Source: Candidatus Heimdallarchaeota archaeon
Lineage (GTDB): Archaea > Asgardarchaeota > Heimdallarchaeia > Heimdallarchaeales > Kariarchaeaceae
Assembly: GCA_030149205.1 (NCBI GenBank)
Contig: JASBSB010000004.1
Coordinates: 30,001-62,000 of the forward strand
Reading direction: 5' to 3'
Length of the DNA stretch: 32,000 bases
In this document: positions 9,348 through 18,671 of the stretch, piece by piece
Layout: the number at the start of each line of letters is the position of its first letter
Numbering within the stretch: position 1 is the stretch's first letter
Notes under the pieces: model-generated
Databases searched by the model: none
Told to the model about the DNA's origin: nothing
Seen by the model: only the letters and a program-made list of their open reading frames with translations
Position numbers and translations under genes: made by a program

Positions 9348-10205
9348 TTACAAAAGATTTTCCACAAAAGGATTATTGACACCCATTATTTCTTGCATGA
9401 GATACAAAATCTGTGTAGATAGTTCATGCTTTTTTATGAAATTTACTATAACACTCTCATTTTGTAGTAAAATGATTGGGGGATAGAGCTGATCCAAATA
9501 TTCCTCAGTCACCTTCAATTTTGTATTAAAAACTTCTATAATCAAATGAGAGGTTGTGTTTGACTGCCTAAATTCTTTTATAACATCTTGGGAAATGTTT
9601 AGGTCTTCTATCGGATTGTTTGAGAGGCTTACAAACAATGTTGATTCAGGAAGGTGTAAAAGCCAATCTGAGGGGAGAATGGTCAATTTTTGGAATGCAA
9701 GGTTTACAAAATAGGGTAACTTTGATCTGTTGGGAGATAACAACGCACCATACCTCCCAATATATCTCAAAAATTGAATTGATTTTTGATAATCATCCCA
9801 GTCCTCCATCCGATTGCGATAAATTAGTGGAATACCTATAAATGCCAAAAAGAAATACATCAGTGGGAAATAAACTCTAATCAATTGAATTAGCAAACCT
9901 TTCTCGAACACAGAGAAATTGGTTAAAAAATCTGGCTGGACAACCATGTATAAAACAAAATATCCCATAGCTCGCTTGGGGGACAATTCAATAGAAACTT
10001 TAATGTGTAAAACTGCGAGGAGTATGAAACTAATGAAGATTAAGAAAATTAAATTAAAGTACCAAACAAAACTATTGGGATTATTGGACAGATTAAACTC
10101 AGTTCCATAGGTTATAAAACTTAGAAATCCAACATCAACAGAAACAATGAATATTGAAATACCAAACCTGTTCCAATATCTATTAATTATATCTGAAATA
10201 TTCAT
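9348..10205 (-). CDS. TM protein with C-terminal LRR-like segment, putative immunity family II
   Basis: About 4 TM helices, then VNLAFQKLTILP and VSLSNNPIEDL. ATGA overlap with the upstream ORF. Confidence 0.7.
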   Translation of the reverse strand: MNISDIINRYWNRFGISIFIVSVDVGFLSFITYGTEFNLSNNPNSFVWYFNLIFLIFISFILLAVLHIKVSIELSPKRAMGYFVLYMVVQPDFLTNFSVFEKGLLIQLIRVYFPLMYFFLAFIGIPLIYRNRMEDWDDYQKSIQFLRYIGRYGALLSPNRSKLPYFVNLAFQKLTILPSDWLLHLPESTLFVSLSNNPIEDLNISQDVIKEFRQSNTTSHLIIEVFNTKLKVTEEYLDQLYPPIILLQNESVIVNFIKKHELSTQILYLMQEIMGVNNPFVENLL

Positions 10206-10636
10206 TGATGTTTCGCCACCAGATCTGCATAGACCACACTAAGTCTCAGGTGATAGATTATGAACTTACAGATGCGAAAAATGCTTACTGGAATAGCAAA
10301 ATTTACTGTAATTTCATAAACAAATTGTTGTGAAATCTTCTTTAGCAGGACTTCAAACTCTTTAGTTGTACTCATAAACTCAATGAAATAAAAGCTTTGA
10401 AATGAAAAAATTGTTATTTTAATTAAATTATAGAAACAGACCATTACCTGCTCTAAAATGGGTTTTAGAAGTTTATTCACTATATAATCCCCGACTCCCC
10501 TCACCTCGTTGACAGTAACGCAGCCCCTGATGGTCTGTTGGTTAATAGACCTGACAATGAAGTCGCTGTGTGTTCCAATTCCAAAGGTTTCCTGATGAAG
10601 GCAAGGGTACACATACCTGATATACATTAAAACCAT
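10202..10636 (-). CDS. Shortened cassette ORF (leader + degenerate anchor + CT end)
   Basis: YVYPCLHQETF and QTIRGCVTVNEVRGVGDY, ending IIYHLRLSVVY. Probable start is GTG at 10612. Confidence 0.65.
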   Translation of the reverse strand: MVLMYIRYVYPCLHQETFGIGTHSDFIVRSINQQTIRGCVTVNEVRGVGDYIVNKLLKPILEQVMVCFYNLIKITIFSFQSFYFIEFMSTTKEFEVLLKKISQQFVYEITVNFAIPVSIFRICKFIIYHLRLSVVYADLVAKHQ

Positions 10637-10650
10637 TTAAGTTTTTCTCA
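10591..10650 (-). promoter_or_regulatory. Cassette head: BRE/TATA-like box + leader
   Basis: GAGAAAAACTTAAAT, 24 nt to GTG TAC CCT TGC CTT CAT CAG. Near-identical to 24250..24308. Confidence 0.65.
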
Positions 10651-10670
10651 CATTTAAGATGGGTTCACCC

Positions 10671-10692
10671 CTCTCCCATCATCACTGGAGAG
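10671..10692. other. Short hairpin between a gene end and a cassette promoter
   Basis: CTCTCC-N10-GGAGAG, next to GGGT-TC-ACCC. Repeated at 24330..24351. Could be a terminator or a binding site. Confidence 0.4.
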
Positions 10693-10697
10693 TCTTT

Positions 10698-11240
10698 TTA
10701 TAAGAACGTTCTAACATAATACAAGTACAACAATGAAGCAATACCAAGAATAAAGGTAAGAAGTGTAGCTAGGTTGGGAAATAGCCGTCTCACATCCTTG
10801 TGATACTCAGTTAATGTTGAATCATGGGTGAAATAAAGCTTGAGAAGAGCAACGAAGAGCAGATGGTCTTGCTGTGTCTTTAGATAAGTTATTGTGTCCT
10901 TTTCCAGTGGAAGTTTGTACTCAATTGATCCAGGTATAGTTATAACCATAATAAACAAGAAGCTGTAATAGAAGGGGTCATCAATGTAACCTTGAAATAT
11001 CACAAGCATAACAAATATACCCCCAAATCCAAAAAATGAATAAATTAATGCATTGTTATAGTACATAAATCGACCACGTCCTCTTTTAAGGTTTAAGTAT
11101 GACTCAGAAAAAGAGTTATACTTCTGTAGCCCAATAAATCTTGAGAGCCTAAATTTCATATAGCTGAGGCTATAAAACATAAGAATGACATAGATTGTAT
11201 ACAGCAATGAAATCAATATCCTGAGTAGCACTAAACTCAC
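10698..11240 (-). CDS. Membrane protein, putative immunity
   Basis: 180 aa with 4 hydrophobic segments. Starts 1 nt after the upstream stop, with GGTGA SD-like motifs. Confidence 0.7.
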   Translation of the reverse strand: MSLVLLRILISLLYTIYVILMFYSLSYMKFRLSRFIGLQKYNSFSESYLNLKRGRGRFMYYNNALIYSFFGFGGIFVMLVIFQGYIDDPFYYSFLFIMVITIPGSIEYKLPLEKDTITYLKTQQDHLLFVALLKLYFTHDSTLTEYHKDVRRLFPNLATLLTFILGIASLLYLYYVRTFL

Positions 11241-11241
11241 C

Positions 11242-11505
11242 CTATTTCACCCTATTTTGTGCATCAGCCCAGAGGTATGTGTTAAGGAAGTGGTACCCAG
11301 TCAAAGAGATACCATACAGACACTTTATTGGTCCCATTCCATATGCAGATGGTTTCTCCTCTATATGTTCCTTTCCTACCTCAATCAGTGATTTTATTAA
11401 TTTAACTGGACTTATAGAACCACCCAGCTTTGTCAACAAGCTGGGGAAGAGTGTAACCGCAGCAAAACTATGAAGGAACACATATCCTTTATTACACCAT
11501 ATCAT
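11242..11505 (-). CDS. Short cassette ORF (degenerate leader + toxin-CT tail)
   Basis: GYVFLHSF resembles RYVYPCLHQESF. Ends LTGYHFL. Probable start is GTG at 11481. Confidence 0.5.
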   Translation of the reverse strand: MIWCNKGYVFLHSFAAVTLFPSLLTKLGGSISPVKLIKSLIEVGKEHIEEKPSAYGMGPIKCLYGISLTGYHFLNTYLWADAQNRVK

Positions 11506-11515
11506 TTAAATCTAT
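11469..11515 (-). promoter_or_regulatory. Degenerate cassette head
   Basis: CAATAGATTTAAAT, 24 nt to GTG TTC CTT CAT. Confidence 0.55.
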
Positions 11516-11580
11516 TGTGCATAAAAATTCAGCTCGATAACTTTCAACAGGTAAATAAACTTATCAGAGAGTATACCAAG

Positions 11581-12390
11581 TTATGATGGGACTTGTTGTA
11601 CATGAGATGGGGTATTCATCCTAAAATCTCTTGCTCTTATAACCCTTTGAATTAAATAGAGAACCAAAATGATTAGGTAATAAGCGTAATTTGAAACAAT
11701 AAAATTGGAAACATCATCAAGAAAATTCAATGGCTTTCCAGATACAACAAATGGGGTGTCCTTAAAGGGGTTAAACAGGAGAAAAAGCCCATAAAGAACC
11801 AGAAGATTCTGATAGACTATTTTAAAAATTTTCTCTGGTGTCAGCCTTCTAAGCTGAAGCGGATCCATCTTTCCTGTTGAAATTGAAAAGAAGATTATGA
11901 TGAGAAGAATCTTTAGCCTGTAAGGAAACGGGACAAACAGATTCCACGTTCCAAACAAGACCAGAAGTAGCACAAAAACCCTTAATTTGTTAGAGGATGG
12001 GGATTGATCATTTTCAAACTCAGCATTGTTAAATGAGAAATCAACAAAAAATAACACAAAAAGCTGAAATACTGTAAGCTCTATCCCTCATCGAAGCCAA
12101 AAAGGTGGGAGATTTCCTATATAGAGGAAAATCCAAACAGATTTTTTGGAAAGAACATCCATATAAACATGATCATCAACTTCATCCTTCTCTTTCATTA
12201 TTAAAAATAGTGAAATCAAAAGAGTAAAAAATATAAAGGACCCAAAAATTATTAAAATAATGCCAATTGGTCTTAATTCTCCGTAGACTTTCACTGAGAA
12301 CCAGTGATTTGAAACACCAAAAAAAATATAAATCTGTGTTAAGAGAACTAAAAATTCTCTGAGCCAAAAAACAATCTCTCTCTTCAACAT
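11581..12390 (-). pseudogene. Multi-TM membrane protein gene split by one in-frame TGA
   Basis: ORFs 12088..12390 and 11581..12057 share a frame. The 30 nt between them read GIELTVFQLF without stops. Confidence 0.6.
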
Positions 12391-12396
12391 CTCAAT

Positions 12397-12718
12397 TCAC
12401 CACCTGTTAGTAATGGATTTAAACACAAATATCTGGAGTAGGTAAAAAATTCCCAAGAAGACTGAAAGCATTTGTATTGCTCTAATGAACCCTTCATTTG
12501 TTGGATCAGTTCCTATCAATACTCGAGTTGTGAGTCCACTTACTCCCATTGCAAAGAGGCTTAGTATCATTGGTACGGTAAGACCTGTATTGAAAATGTC
12601 TGATATGATACTTAGACCTGAAAGTGAGGCTGTTTTCTGTTTCTATTGTTAAAATTGGTTGATGGACACAGCTATGCATAGAACTATTAACCAACGTTGC
12701 CATATATAGTTTTCCCAT
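12397..12718 (-). pseudogene. Cassette leader with out-of-frame toxin-CT tail
   Basis: Leader MHSCVHQ (ATG at 12679). A shifted frame 12642..12397 reads KQKTASLSGLSIISDIFNTGLTVPMILSLFAMGVSGLTTRVLIGTDPTNEGFIRAIQMLSVFLGIFYLLQIFVFKSITNRW. Confidence 0.5.
12659..12716 (-). promoter_or_regulatory. Cassette head with ATG at the position where other copies have GTG
   Basis: GGGAAAACTATATAT, about 25 nt to ATG CAT AGC TGT GTC CAT CAA. Confidence 0.6.
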
Positions 12719-12845
12719 AACCCTTTAGGGTACTGTTAAAACCATAGAGATCGAATACTTCCACAGTGCACAATTTGTTCGAATTAGATGTGACCTCTTC
12801 ATGCTAGGTAGAGGGGGACTGTAAGACTCCTGCTATTAAACTAAC

Positions 12846-13661
12846 CTACTTTTTACCTATGCCAAATGGTAACCCAGATGTCATTCTCCCATAAAAATAG
12901 ATTAACTCACCCAGTAGAAATACCCTTATAAGAAGTTGAAGGAAGTCTGCACTAATTCTAAGTCCAAACAACAAATTTAAGGGGGAAGGGGTGAAAAATT
13001 GACTTGAAACGGGATTCAACACAAGAAAGTAAACCAGAGCAAACTTTACCATCCAAACAATCAGCATCAGATATGTGTTAACATCTTTCTTTACCTGTTT
13101 CATCCACAAAAACACTGTCAGAGGGATGAAGAATCCCCAAAAAGTTACTAACTGAAAGAGCCAGACACCTGGGATCAAATAGATCAGGAACAGAAGAACG
13201 AGAGACACAGCGGGTAGACGGTATGCTTTAGGGTTACCTTTTTCAAGATAGGTTCTCATCAACAGAGCTTTGTTTATTAACAACGGTTGCCAAAACAAGA
13301 AGATAATTCCTAAGAAGAATGCTAAAAAGAATGCGTAGAAACCTGAACCTGAGGAGGTAAAGAATAAAAATGGGATAGCCAAATAGCCTATTTGAAAAAC
13401 TGCATCAGCGATCCCATTATCTTTGTCTGAATGTTCCTCGTTATCAATATACTCCGTAAAGAGAACTGGATCATAGCAGCTAATTATTGCAGTTACCCCT
13501 GTTAATAAAACAAAACCGCCAACTTGATGACGATTGAGTGAAAAACTGACGGAAAGTACGACCAAAAGGTTAAGAGAGAAAAGAATGATAAACTTGATCC
13601 AGAGATACAACTGCAAACCTTCTCCCCTTATTTTTCCTTTGACCAAATTTCTTGACTCCAC
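12846..13661 (-). CDS. Multi-TM membrane protein, possible orphan immunity
   Basis: 271 aa, about 7-8 hydrophobic segments. AAGGTGAG SD-like motif precedes the GTG. Confidence 0.75.
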   Translation of the reverse strand: MESRNLVKGKIRGEGLQLYLWIKFIILFSLNLLVVLSVSFSLNRHQVGGFVLLTGVTAIISCYDPVLFTEYIDNEEHSDKDNGIADAVFQIGYLAIPFLFFTSSGSGFYAFFLAFFLGIIFLFWQPLLINKALLMRTYLEKGNPKAYRLPAVSLVLLFLIYLIPGVWLFQLVTFWGFFIPLTVFLWMKQVKKDVNTYLMLIVWMVKFALVYFLVLNPVSSQFFTPSPLNLLFGLRISADFLQLLIRVFLLGELIYFYGRMTSGLPFGIGKK

Positions 13662-13760
13662 CGTTATAACTCACCTTCAGAAATTACTCTAGAGGAAAAT
13701 GTGCCTGCTGGTATATATAGCACTCTAATAAATATTGGATTGATCATATATCTAAAATCC

Positions 13761-14585
13761 TTATTTATCCTTACTAGACAAATTTTGAACGATTGAGCTA
13801 CCGATTAAAAATAAGAATATAAAAACAAAGAGTCTAAATATTAAACTTGACCACATCATAATTTGAAAGGGCATATTTTTTGTTCTGTATAGTTGTGAGC
13901 TATAGCCAATTAAAAATACGACTGTGATTAAAATGTGTTGGATCAAAGCATTAATTATCTCCCAATTGACTCTAGAGATTGATTTTTTGCTTTCACTAAT
14001 TGGGAAATAGCTATAATCTTTCATTTTATTTATAAAGTCATCAATTGAATTGGAATTTACTAAAATATAATTTATACCATCCCAAATATAGAGCTTGCTT
14101 TTAAAATTTTGACTTAGGGTTGCTTGAAGGTTAAACAAAAATTCTAGCATCAGAAACGGTTGTAAAAAGACGGGGAGAGGAATTATCTTCCTTATATACT
14201 CATTTTGTGGTGTCGTATAAGTTTTCGAAGGATTATCAATAATCTCTTCTTCAATTATTTCAAATATTTCCCTTTTTATTAAGATATTTTTTTTATTTGT
14301 AAAATCAACGTGATTGAACTTCTTGGAATAAATTTTTATCCTTGAGACTAAGAATAGATATATCGTTGCTTGTATTAATACTTCAGTTAAGACTACAAGT
14401 CCTATATAACCCACTTGAGAGGGGAGTCTAGTAAAATCTTCAATAGTTTTTGGACGCATAATTTGGTATACAAAAGGATATAACAAATAAATTAAATAAT
14501 AACGAAGAAAGTAATTTACATTCCCATTATAGAAAATTAATTTTCTGTTGAGAGTGAGTAATTGTTTGATATTCATCTTAAACAC
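13761..14585 (-). CDS. Membrane protein, putative immunity partner of 14578..15987
   Basis: 274 aa with TM segments at both ends. Likely start is ATG 14576, 1 nt after the upstream TAA. Confidence 0.75.
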   Translation of the reverse strand: MFKMNIKQLLTLNRKLIFYNGNVNYFLRYYLIYLLYPFVYQIMRPKTIEDFTRLPSQVGYIGLVVLTEVLIQATIYLFLVSRIKIYSKKFNHVDFTNKKNILIKREIFEIIEEEIIDNPSKTYTTPQNEYIRKIIPLPVFLQPFLMLEFLFNLQATLSQNFKSKLYIWDGINYILVNSNSIDDFINKMKDYSYFPISESKKSISRVNWEIINALIQHILITVVFLIGYSSQLYRTKNMPFQIMMWSSLIFRLFVFIFLFLIGSSIVQNLSSKDK

Positions 14586-15987
14586 GAACTCTAAATCCTA
14601 AGGCATAATTAACTAAGCCAAAGATTATATGGTAGTAAGCATAAAGCATAATAGATTGACCGTAGGCCATAAATCTTGAGGCTTGATCAGCTTTCGCTCT
14701 AGAATCCTTTACTTTTGGAAATGCAAACCTGAATGGTAAGTATCCTGCAATTAAACCCAAACCTGCTCCAATGAGCAACCCAACGAAGTTGTTATCAGAA
14801 AGTGCAGAAAAGTCTAGGTTATAGATCATATTATTTACCTCTTCCCCAACCCTAAAAACAAGACTTATAGATGAAGCCCTTTGTGCTACTAAATTTAATA
14901 TCTTCCACATTAATCCATCTTGTTTTAGAAATGAAACGATTGATTTTGCCAGCTTTAACTTTGAATTTTTATCCATATTTTTGGCTAAGTTTTCAAAAAT
15001 TGTTTTACCAGATCTAATTTGTGTGTTAAGTTTTCCCAATCTTCCATTTCCTGAGTTATATTTAATTATTCCATCATCTATAAACTCACTGCGCTTAGTG
15101 TGTATTTGTTTTAACAGACTTAACCCCATTATTATATGAAATACGGTATTTATGCCAGTAACTTGCTGAAACCTCTTTTTATCATCCCAAAATGTAATCA
15201 AGGGGGCTATATTTGCAATAAGGTTTACGAGTGTTGCAGCCAACACGGCGAAATTAAGAGTCCCTACTGTTTCAGGGGTTGGTGGGAAAGGCTTTGCAAA
15301 AATCTGAATTGCTAAGTGACCGATCAAATCTACAAGGTGTAATCCCAATGCAGTAGATTGTGGGGTGGATAACCCCCCTAATGTTTCAAATTTAAACCCT
15401 GATAAAAAGACCGGATCTAGCACACTAAATTTAAAATTTTTTAAATTATCAGAAGAAATAATCAGGTAAACCCTATTTACATCAAATTGTACTTCTAAAC
15501 CTAACAGAATCGAACTTCCCTCTTTGAGTTTATCTCCAGAAACTGTATCATAACTCAATTGTGGTATCAATGTTGACATTGTAAAGAAGAATGTTTTGAT
15601 TATCATTTTTAATAAAATTTGAATTACAGCATTAATTACTAATTTTAATGTATCAACTATGTATTGTCCAGCCGCCTTGATCCCGTCGACGAAGCTGGTG
15701 ACGTCGTTTTTGATGGTCGTTAAATCATCTTGTGTCACGCTGAACACCCCAAAGAAAAAGTCCACCAGGACCCAGCCGGGGTGCCCAATCAGCCCCATCA
15801 CCCACAGGTTCTGCTGCCAGCTGCCAGCAACATCAACGCACATCGTGAGTAATCTGTCATAGACAAAGTCAGCAAACACCTGAGAAATAAAATTTGCTGG
15901 GTTCAACAAGTGTGCAATACTGTGCTTAGGCAGGATGAGTAAGGTCTCATAAGAGGTCTGGTGCATACAGGTTGCTGATCTATTCAT
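14578..15987 (-). CDS. Cassette ORF: leader + anchor + full-length variable hydrophobic CT
   Basis: 469 aa. MNRSATCMHQ leader and VDVAGSWQQNLW...VTSFVDGIKAAG anchor, several TM helices and a basic helical insert. Confidence 0.8.
   Translation of the reverse strand: MNRSATCMHQTSYETLLILPKHSIAHLLNPANFISQVFADFVYDRLLTMCVDVAGSWQQNLWVMGLIGHPGWVLVDFFFGVFSVTQDDLTTIKNDVTSFVDGIKAAGQYIVDTLKLVINAVIQILLKMIIKTFFFTMSTLIPQLSYDTVSGDKLKEGSSILLGLEVQFDVNRVYLIISSDNLKNFKFSVLDPVFLSGFKFETLGGLSTPQSTALGLHLVDLIGHLAIQIFAKPFPPTPETVGTLNFAVLAATLVNLIANIAPLITFWDDKKRFQQVTGINTVFHIIMGLSLLKQIHTKRSEFIDDGIIKYNSGNGRLGKLNTQIRSGKTIFENLAKNMDKNSKLKLAKSIVSFLKQDGLMWKILNLVAQRASSISLVFRVGEEVNNMIYNLDFSALSDNNFVGLLIGAGLGLIAGYLPFRFAFPKVKDSRAKADQASRFMAYGQSIMLYAYYHIIFGLVNYALGFRVRV
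15661..15876 (-). repeat. GC-rich anchor repeat copy
   Basis: Encodes VFADFVYD..VDVAGSWQQNLWVMGLIGHPGWVLVD..TIKNDVTSFVDGIKAAG. Confidence 0.9.
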
Positions 15988-16035
15988 AAGGAAAAGTACA
16001 AAACCATTAAGGCTTCCCTTTATTTAAATTTATCC
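15958..16035 (-). promoter_or_regulatory. Cassette head, long variant
   Basis: GGATAAATTTAAATA. Near-identical to 9007..9084. Confidence 0.65.
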
Positions 16036-16239
16036 TACAGAAAGTGATCGGTAGAACAGAACATTCTTTGTGGAGAGATTTCCACAGAATTCCTCTACAA
16101 TCAACATCCCTCGTCACCCCCTTAAGCTCCACCGTGCACGCCAGCACTCCGCGTGTTCACTCTCCTCCCCACTGCTTAGCTTTTCTATCTGTCTGTAGTA
16201 TCTTTTGTTTATGAGCTGCTTCAGATAATTCAGTACAAG

Positions 16240-16641
16240 TTAGAAGAATATTCCTAGTGAAGTAGTTAATTCTAATATCGCGATAAATTGAAAGATCTCA
16301 AGCTTTGAGTTAGCAACAATTAACAAAACTATTGTGATAAACGCCAAAAGAGAGGCTTCGCTTAAACTTAAAATCTTCTCATATTCTATATTTGATACAA
16401 ACTGATATTCCTCTATGTACCCATTGTATTCCATGTTTGAGAGATAAAAATCAAAAGTTCTCGGATAAATGATAAAAAACATGAAATGACTAAGTGTTAT
16501 AAAGACAATAGTAAAGACAAAAAAACCTGAGGTAAGCGTTTAATTTAGATAAAGCATCAATTCAGATACCAATAACCCAGAGAGAAGGGAAGCATCAGCA
16601 AAAATGAAAACAATGGACTCAATGTGGAGGTAAGTACACAT
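16240..16641 (-). pseudogene. Degraded hydrophobic ORF with internal TAA
   Basis: ATG at 16641 (MCTYLHIESIVFIFAD) is in frame with 16240..16482 across a TAA at 16540-16542. Confidence 0.4.
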
Positions 16642-16672
16642 TAATTATTCAAGCTGACCCGCAAACTGCTTC

Positions 16673-17233
16673 TTATTCCTCTCCTTTCTGATTTCTGTTT
16701 TTTCTGATTTCTGTTCCAACAGTTGACGCAAAGGCCACGAAGATAAAATCAAACAAGATATAAGGTGAAAAAACATACCTGATCCCAGAAAATGATAGAA
16801 CATAAAATGGTGGATCTGAAACAGATGGGCTATAAGTTATACTAGGTGGCTTTCCTAAAACATTGATGAGAAAGCCAGTCAAGAGTGCTACCAGCAGTGG
16901 AATTGATAACAGCAGTGGTCTAACGACTACAACATAGATTACTCCCTCAAATTCATCATGGGATTTCCAAAAAGAATATTTTTTCCTCAGCATCAGGCGA
17001 AAAGACCAGAGACGGTCATCTATATCAGGGTAAATAAATCCCATAATAACTGAGAAAAACAAAAAATAAATCATAAAATACCAGAAATATAACCACTGAT
17101 AAATCGGTATACCAATTAAAATAATTCCGATCACGGTCAAAAGTAGCCTGTATTTTCGCAAGTTAAATCCAGCTTTTCTGGCAAATAATTGCCTCAGATT
17201 TATTTTAGAACACACGTCTTGAACTCGAAACAC
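16673..17233 (-). CDS. Membrane protein, putative immunity
   Basis: 186 aa with 4 hydrophobic segments, directly downstream of cassette ORF 17262..17765. Confidence 0.7.
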   Translation of the reverse strand: MFRVQDVCSKINLRQLFARKAGFNLRKYRLLLTVIGIILIGIPIYQWLYFWYFMIYFLFFSVIMGFIYPDIDDRLWSFRLMLRKKYSFWKSHDEFEGVIYVVVVRPLLLSIPLLVALLTGFLINVLGKPPSITYSPSVSDPPFYVLSFSGIRYVFSPYILFDFIFVAFASTVGTEIRKNRNQKGEE

Positions 17234-17261
17234 CCCAGACGCTGATCAACGCTATAAGGTT

Positions 17262-17765
17262 TTACAAAAATAATGAGATGTAGTAATACCCAAATTTTAT
17301 TTTCTCTATAGCTGATTCCTTGATATAATATTGCTGTTTCTTGGTATTTATATCTTGATAGGCTTTATTTTGTTCATTGACTAGATCTACTGCATTTTTA
17401 TATTCCACATTTCTATAAGCTAATCCATCTTTGCCCAAATGACTAAACCGATATTCCTTCACCCTTTTATTAATTTCATTAAGGCCTTTTTCCATCTTAG
17501 ATATTTGGTTTTGGTCGTTTTGAAGCATCAGTTTAGGAAGGCGAAGTGCGAAAAAGTTCACCAGTATAGATTTTATACCTCTGGCAATTGGCAGGAGTAT
17601 ATTGTTTGTGGTGAACTCCCCGACAGCCTTTATCCCGACGACGGTGACGCCGTCCTTGATGGTCTGCTGGTTGATAGACCTGACAATGAAGTCGCTGGGT
17701 ATTCCAATTTCAAAGGATTCCTGATGAAGGCAAGCATACACATATCTGATATACATTAAAACCAT
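17262..17765 (-). CDS. Shortened cassette ORF (leader + partial anchor + hydrophilic tail)
   Basis: YVYACLHQESF and QTIKDGVTVVGIKAVGEF..NNILLPI. Probable start is GTG at 17741. Confidence 0.6.
   Translation of the reverse strand: MVLMYIRYVYACLHQESFEIGIPSDFIVRSINQQTIKDGVTVVGIKAVGEFTTNNILLPIARGIKSILVNFFALRLPKLMLQNDQNQISKMEKGLNEINKRVKEYRFSHLGKDGLAYRNVEYKNAVDLVNEQNKAYQDINTKKQQYYIKESAIEKIKFGYYYISLFL
17588..17668 (-). repeat. Short anchor repeat copy
   Basis: Matches 1806..1885 including NNILLPI. Confidence 0.85.
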
Positions 17766-17777
17766 TTAAGTTTATCG
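17720..17777 (-). promoter_or_regulatory. Cassette head: BRE/TATA-like box + leader
   Basis: CGATAAACTTAAAT, 24 nt to GTG TAT GCT TGC CTT CAT CAG. Confidence 0.65.
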
Positions 17778-17903
17778 CACAAAAATCATGTACGTAATCT
17801 TGCCCTCTCATGAAAATTAATGATGGACCCCTTAGTTTACCATATCTTTGCTCCTTGGATTCTGTTTAATCTTCAATCAGTTTCACGGAATAGGTTAACA
17901 CAT

Positions 17904-18671
17904 CTATGTCTCTATAGGAGAGCTATTCTTGTCAAGAGGAAAGTCAATTTTAAGCGTAAACAAATCAATTAAAACTAAATTAAGTAACACCCATGTCTTC
18001 GCAACCACATGGCCATTTACCAATGGAATTGAGTTTGTGATGCTTTCAAAAAATGTGAAGAGTAGCAAATTTCCAAGATAGTTGAGTGTCAGAAAACCAA
18101 GGATACCTAATTTCCAAATCGTAAAGTCAGTCAATGCTATATTCTTGATCATATTTACAAAGTATAACACCATAATCAGAAACATCCCTAAAATTCTTTG
18201 AAGAATCCAGTCACCAGCAAAGAAACTCAAAAAATACAATGAGACTATGGTGATTACCCTAAAAAAGTAGAAACCAATACTATTTTTCTCAAGGGTCTTG
18301 GGAGATATTATAAATTTAAACTTAAATTTCGGGTCATCTGAATTGGAATCTGTGAAAAACATGAGATATAATACCAGTAACATGAAAATTAAGTCTCTAC
18401 TTACTATACTACTGATCAGTATTAGCACACCTATGACATAAAAACCCTGGTAGTTTTCCTTGGGGTCAGGCTCAATTATCCCTCGAAGTGATATCCGACT
18501 AATTATTTTGGAAATAACAAGCAAGATCACCATTCCTCCAAGGAGACCGAAACCTTCCCAACTTGAAAATGTTACATTATTAAGGAGCTGAAAGTAAAGC
18601 ACTATTGGAAACAGCAGTACCATTATCTGCCTCAGAACAAAATTTACAATAGGGATGGGTTTTCGTTTCAT
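17904..18671 (-). CDS. Multi-TM membrane protein, putative immunity family I (orphan)
   Basis: Close paralog of 24709..25488 (NFxLRQ..LLFPI.LY.QL.N.V.F.SWEGFG.LGGM). Confidence 0.8.
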   Translation of the reverse strand: MKRKPIPIVNFVLRQIMVLLFPIVLYFQLLNNVTFSSWEGFGLLGGMVILLVISKIISRISLRGIIEPDPKENYQGFYVIGVLILISSIVSRDLIFMLLVLYLMFFTDSNSDDPKFKFKFIISPKTLEKNSIGFYFFRVITIVSLYFLSFFAGDWILQRILGMFLIMVLYFVNMIKNIALTDFTIWKLGILGFLTLNYLGNLLLFTFFESITNSIPLVNGHVVAKTWVLLNLVLIDLFTLKIDFPLDKNSSPIET

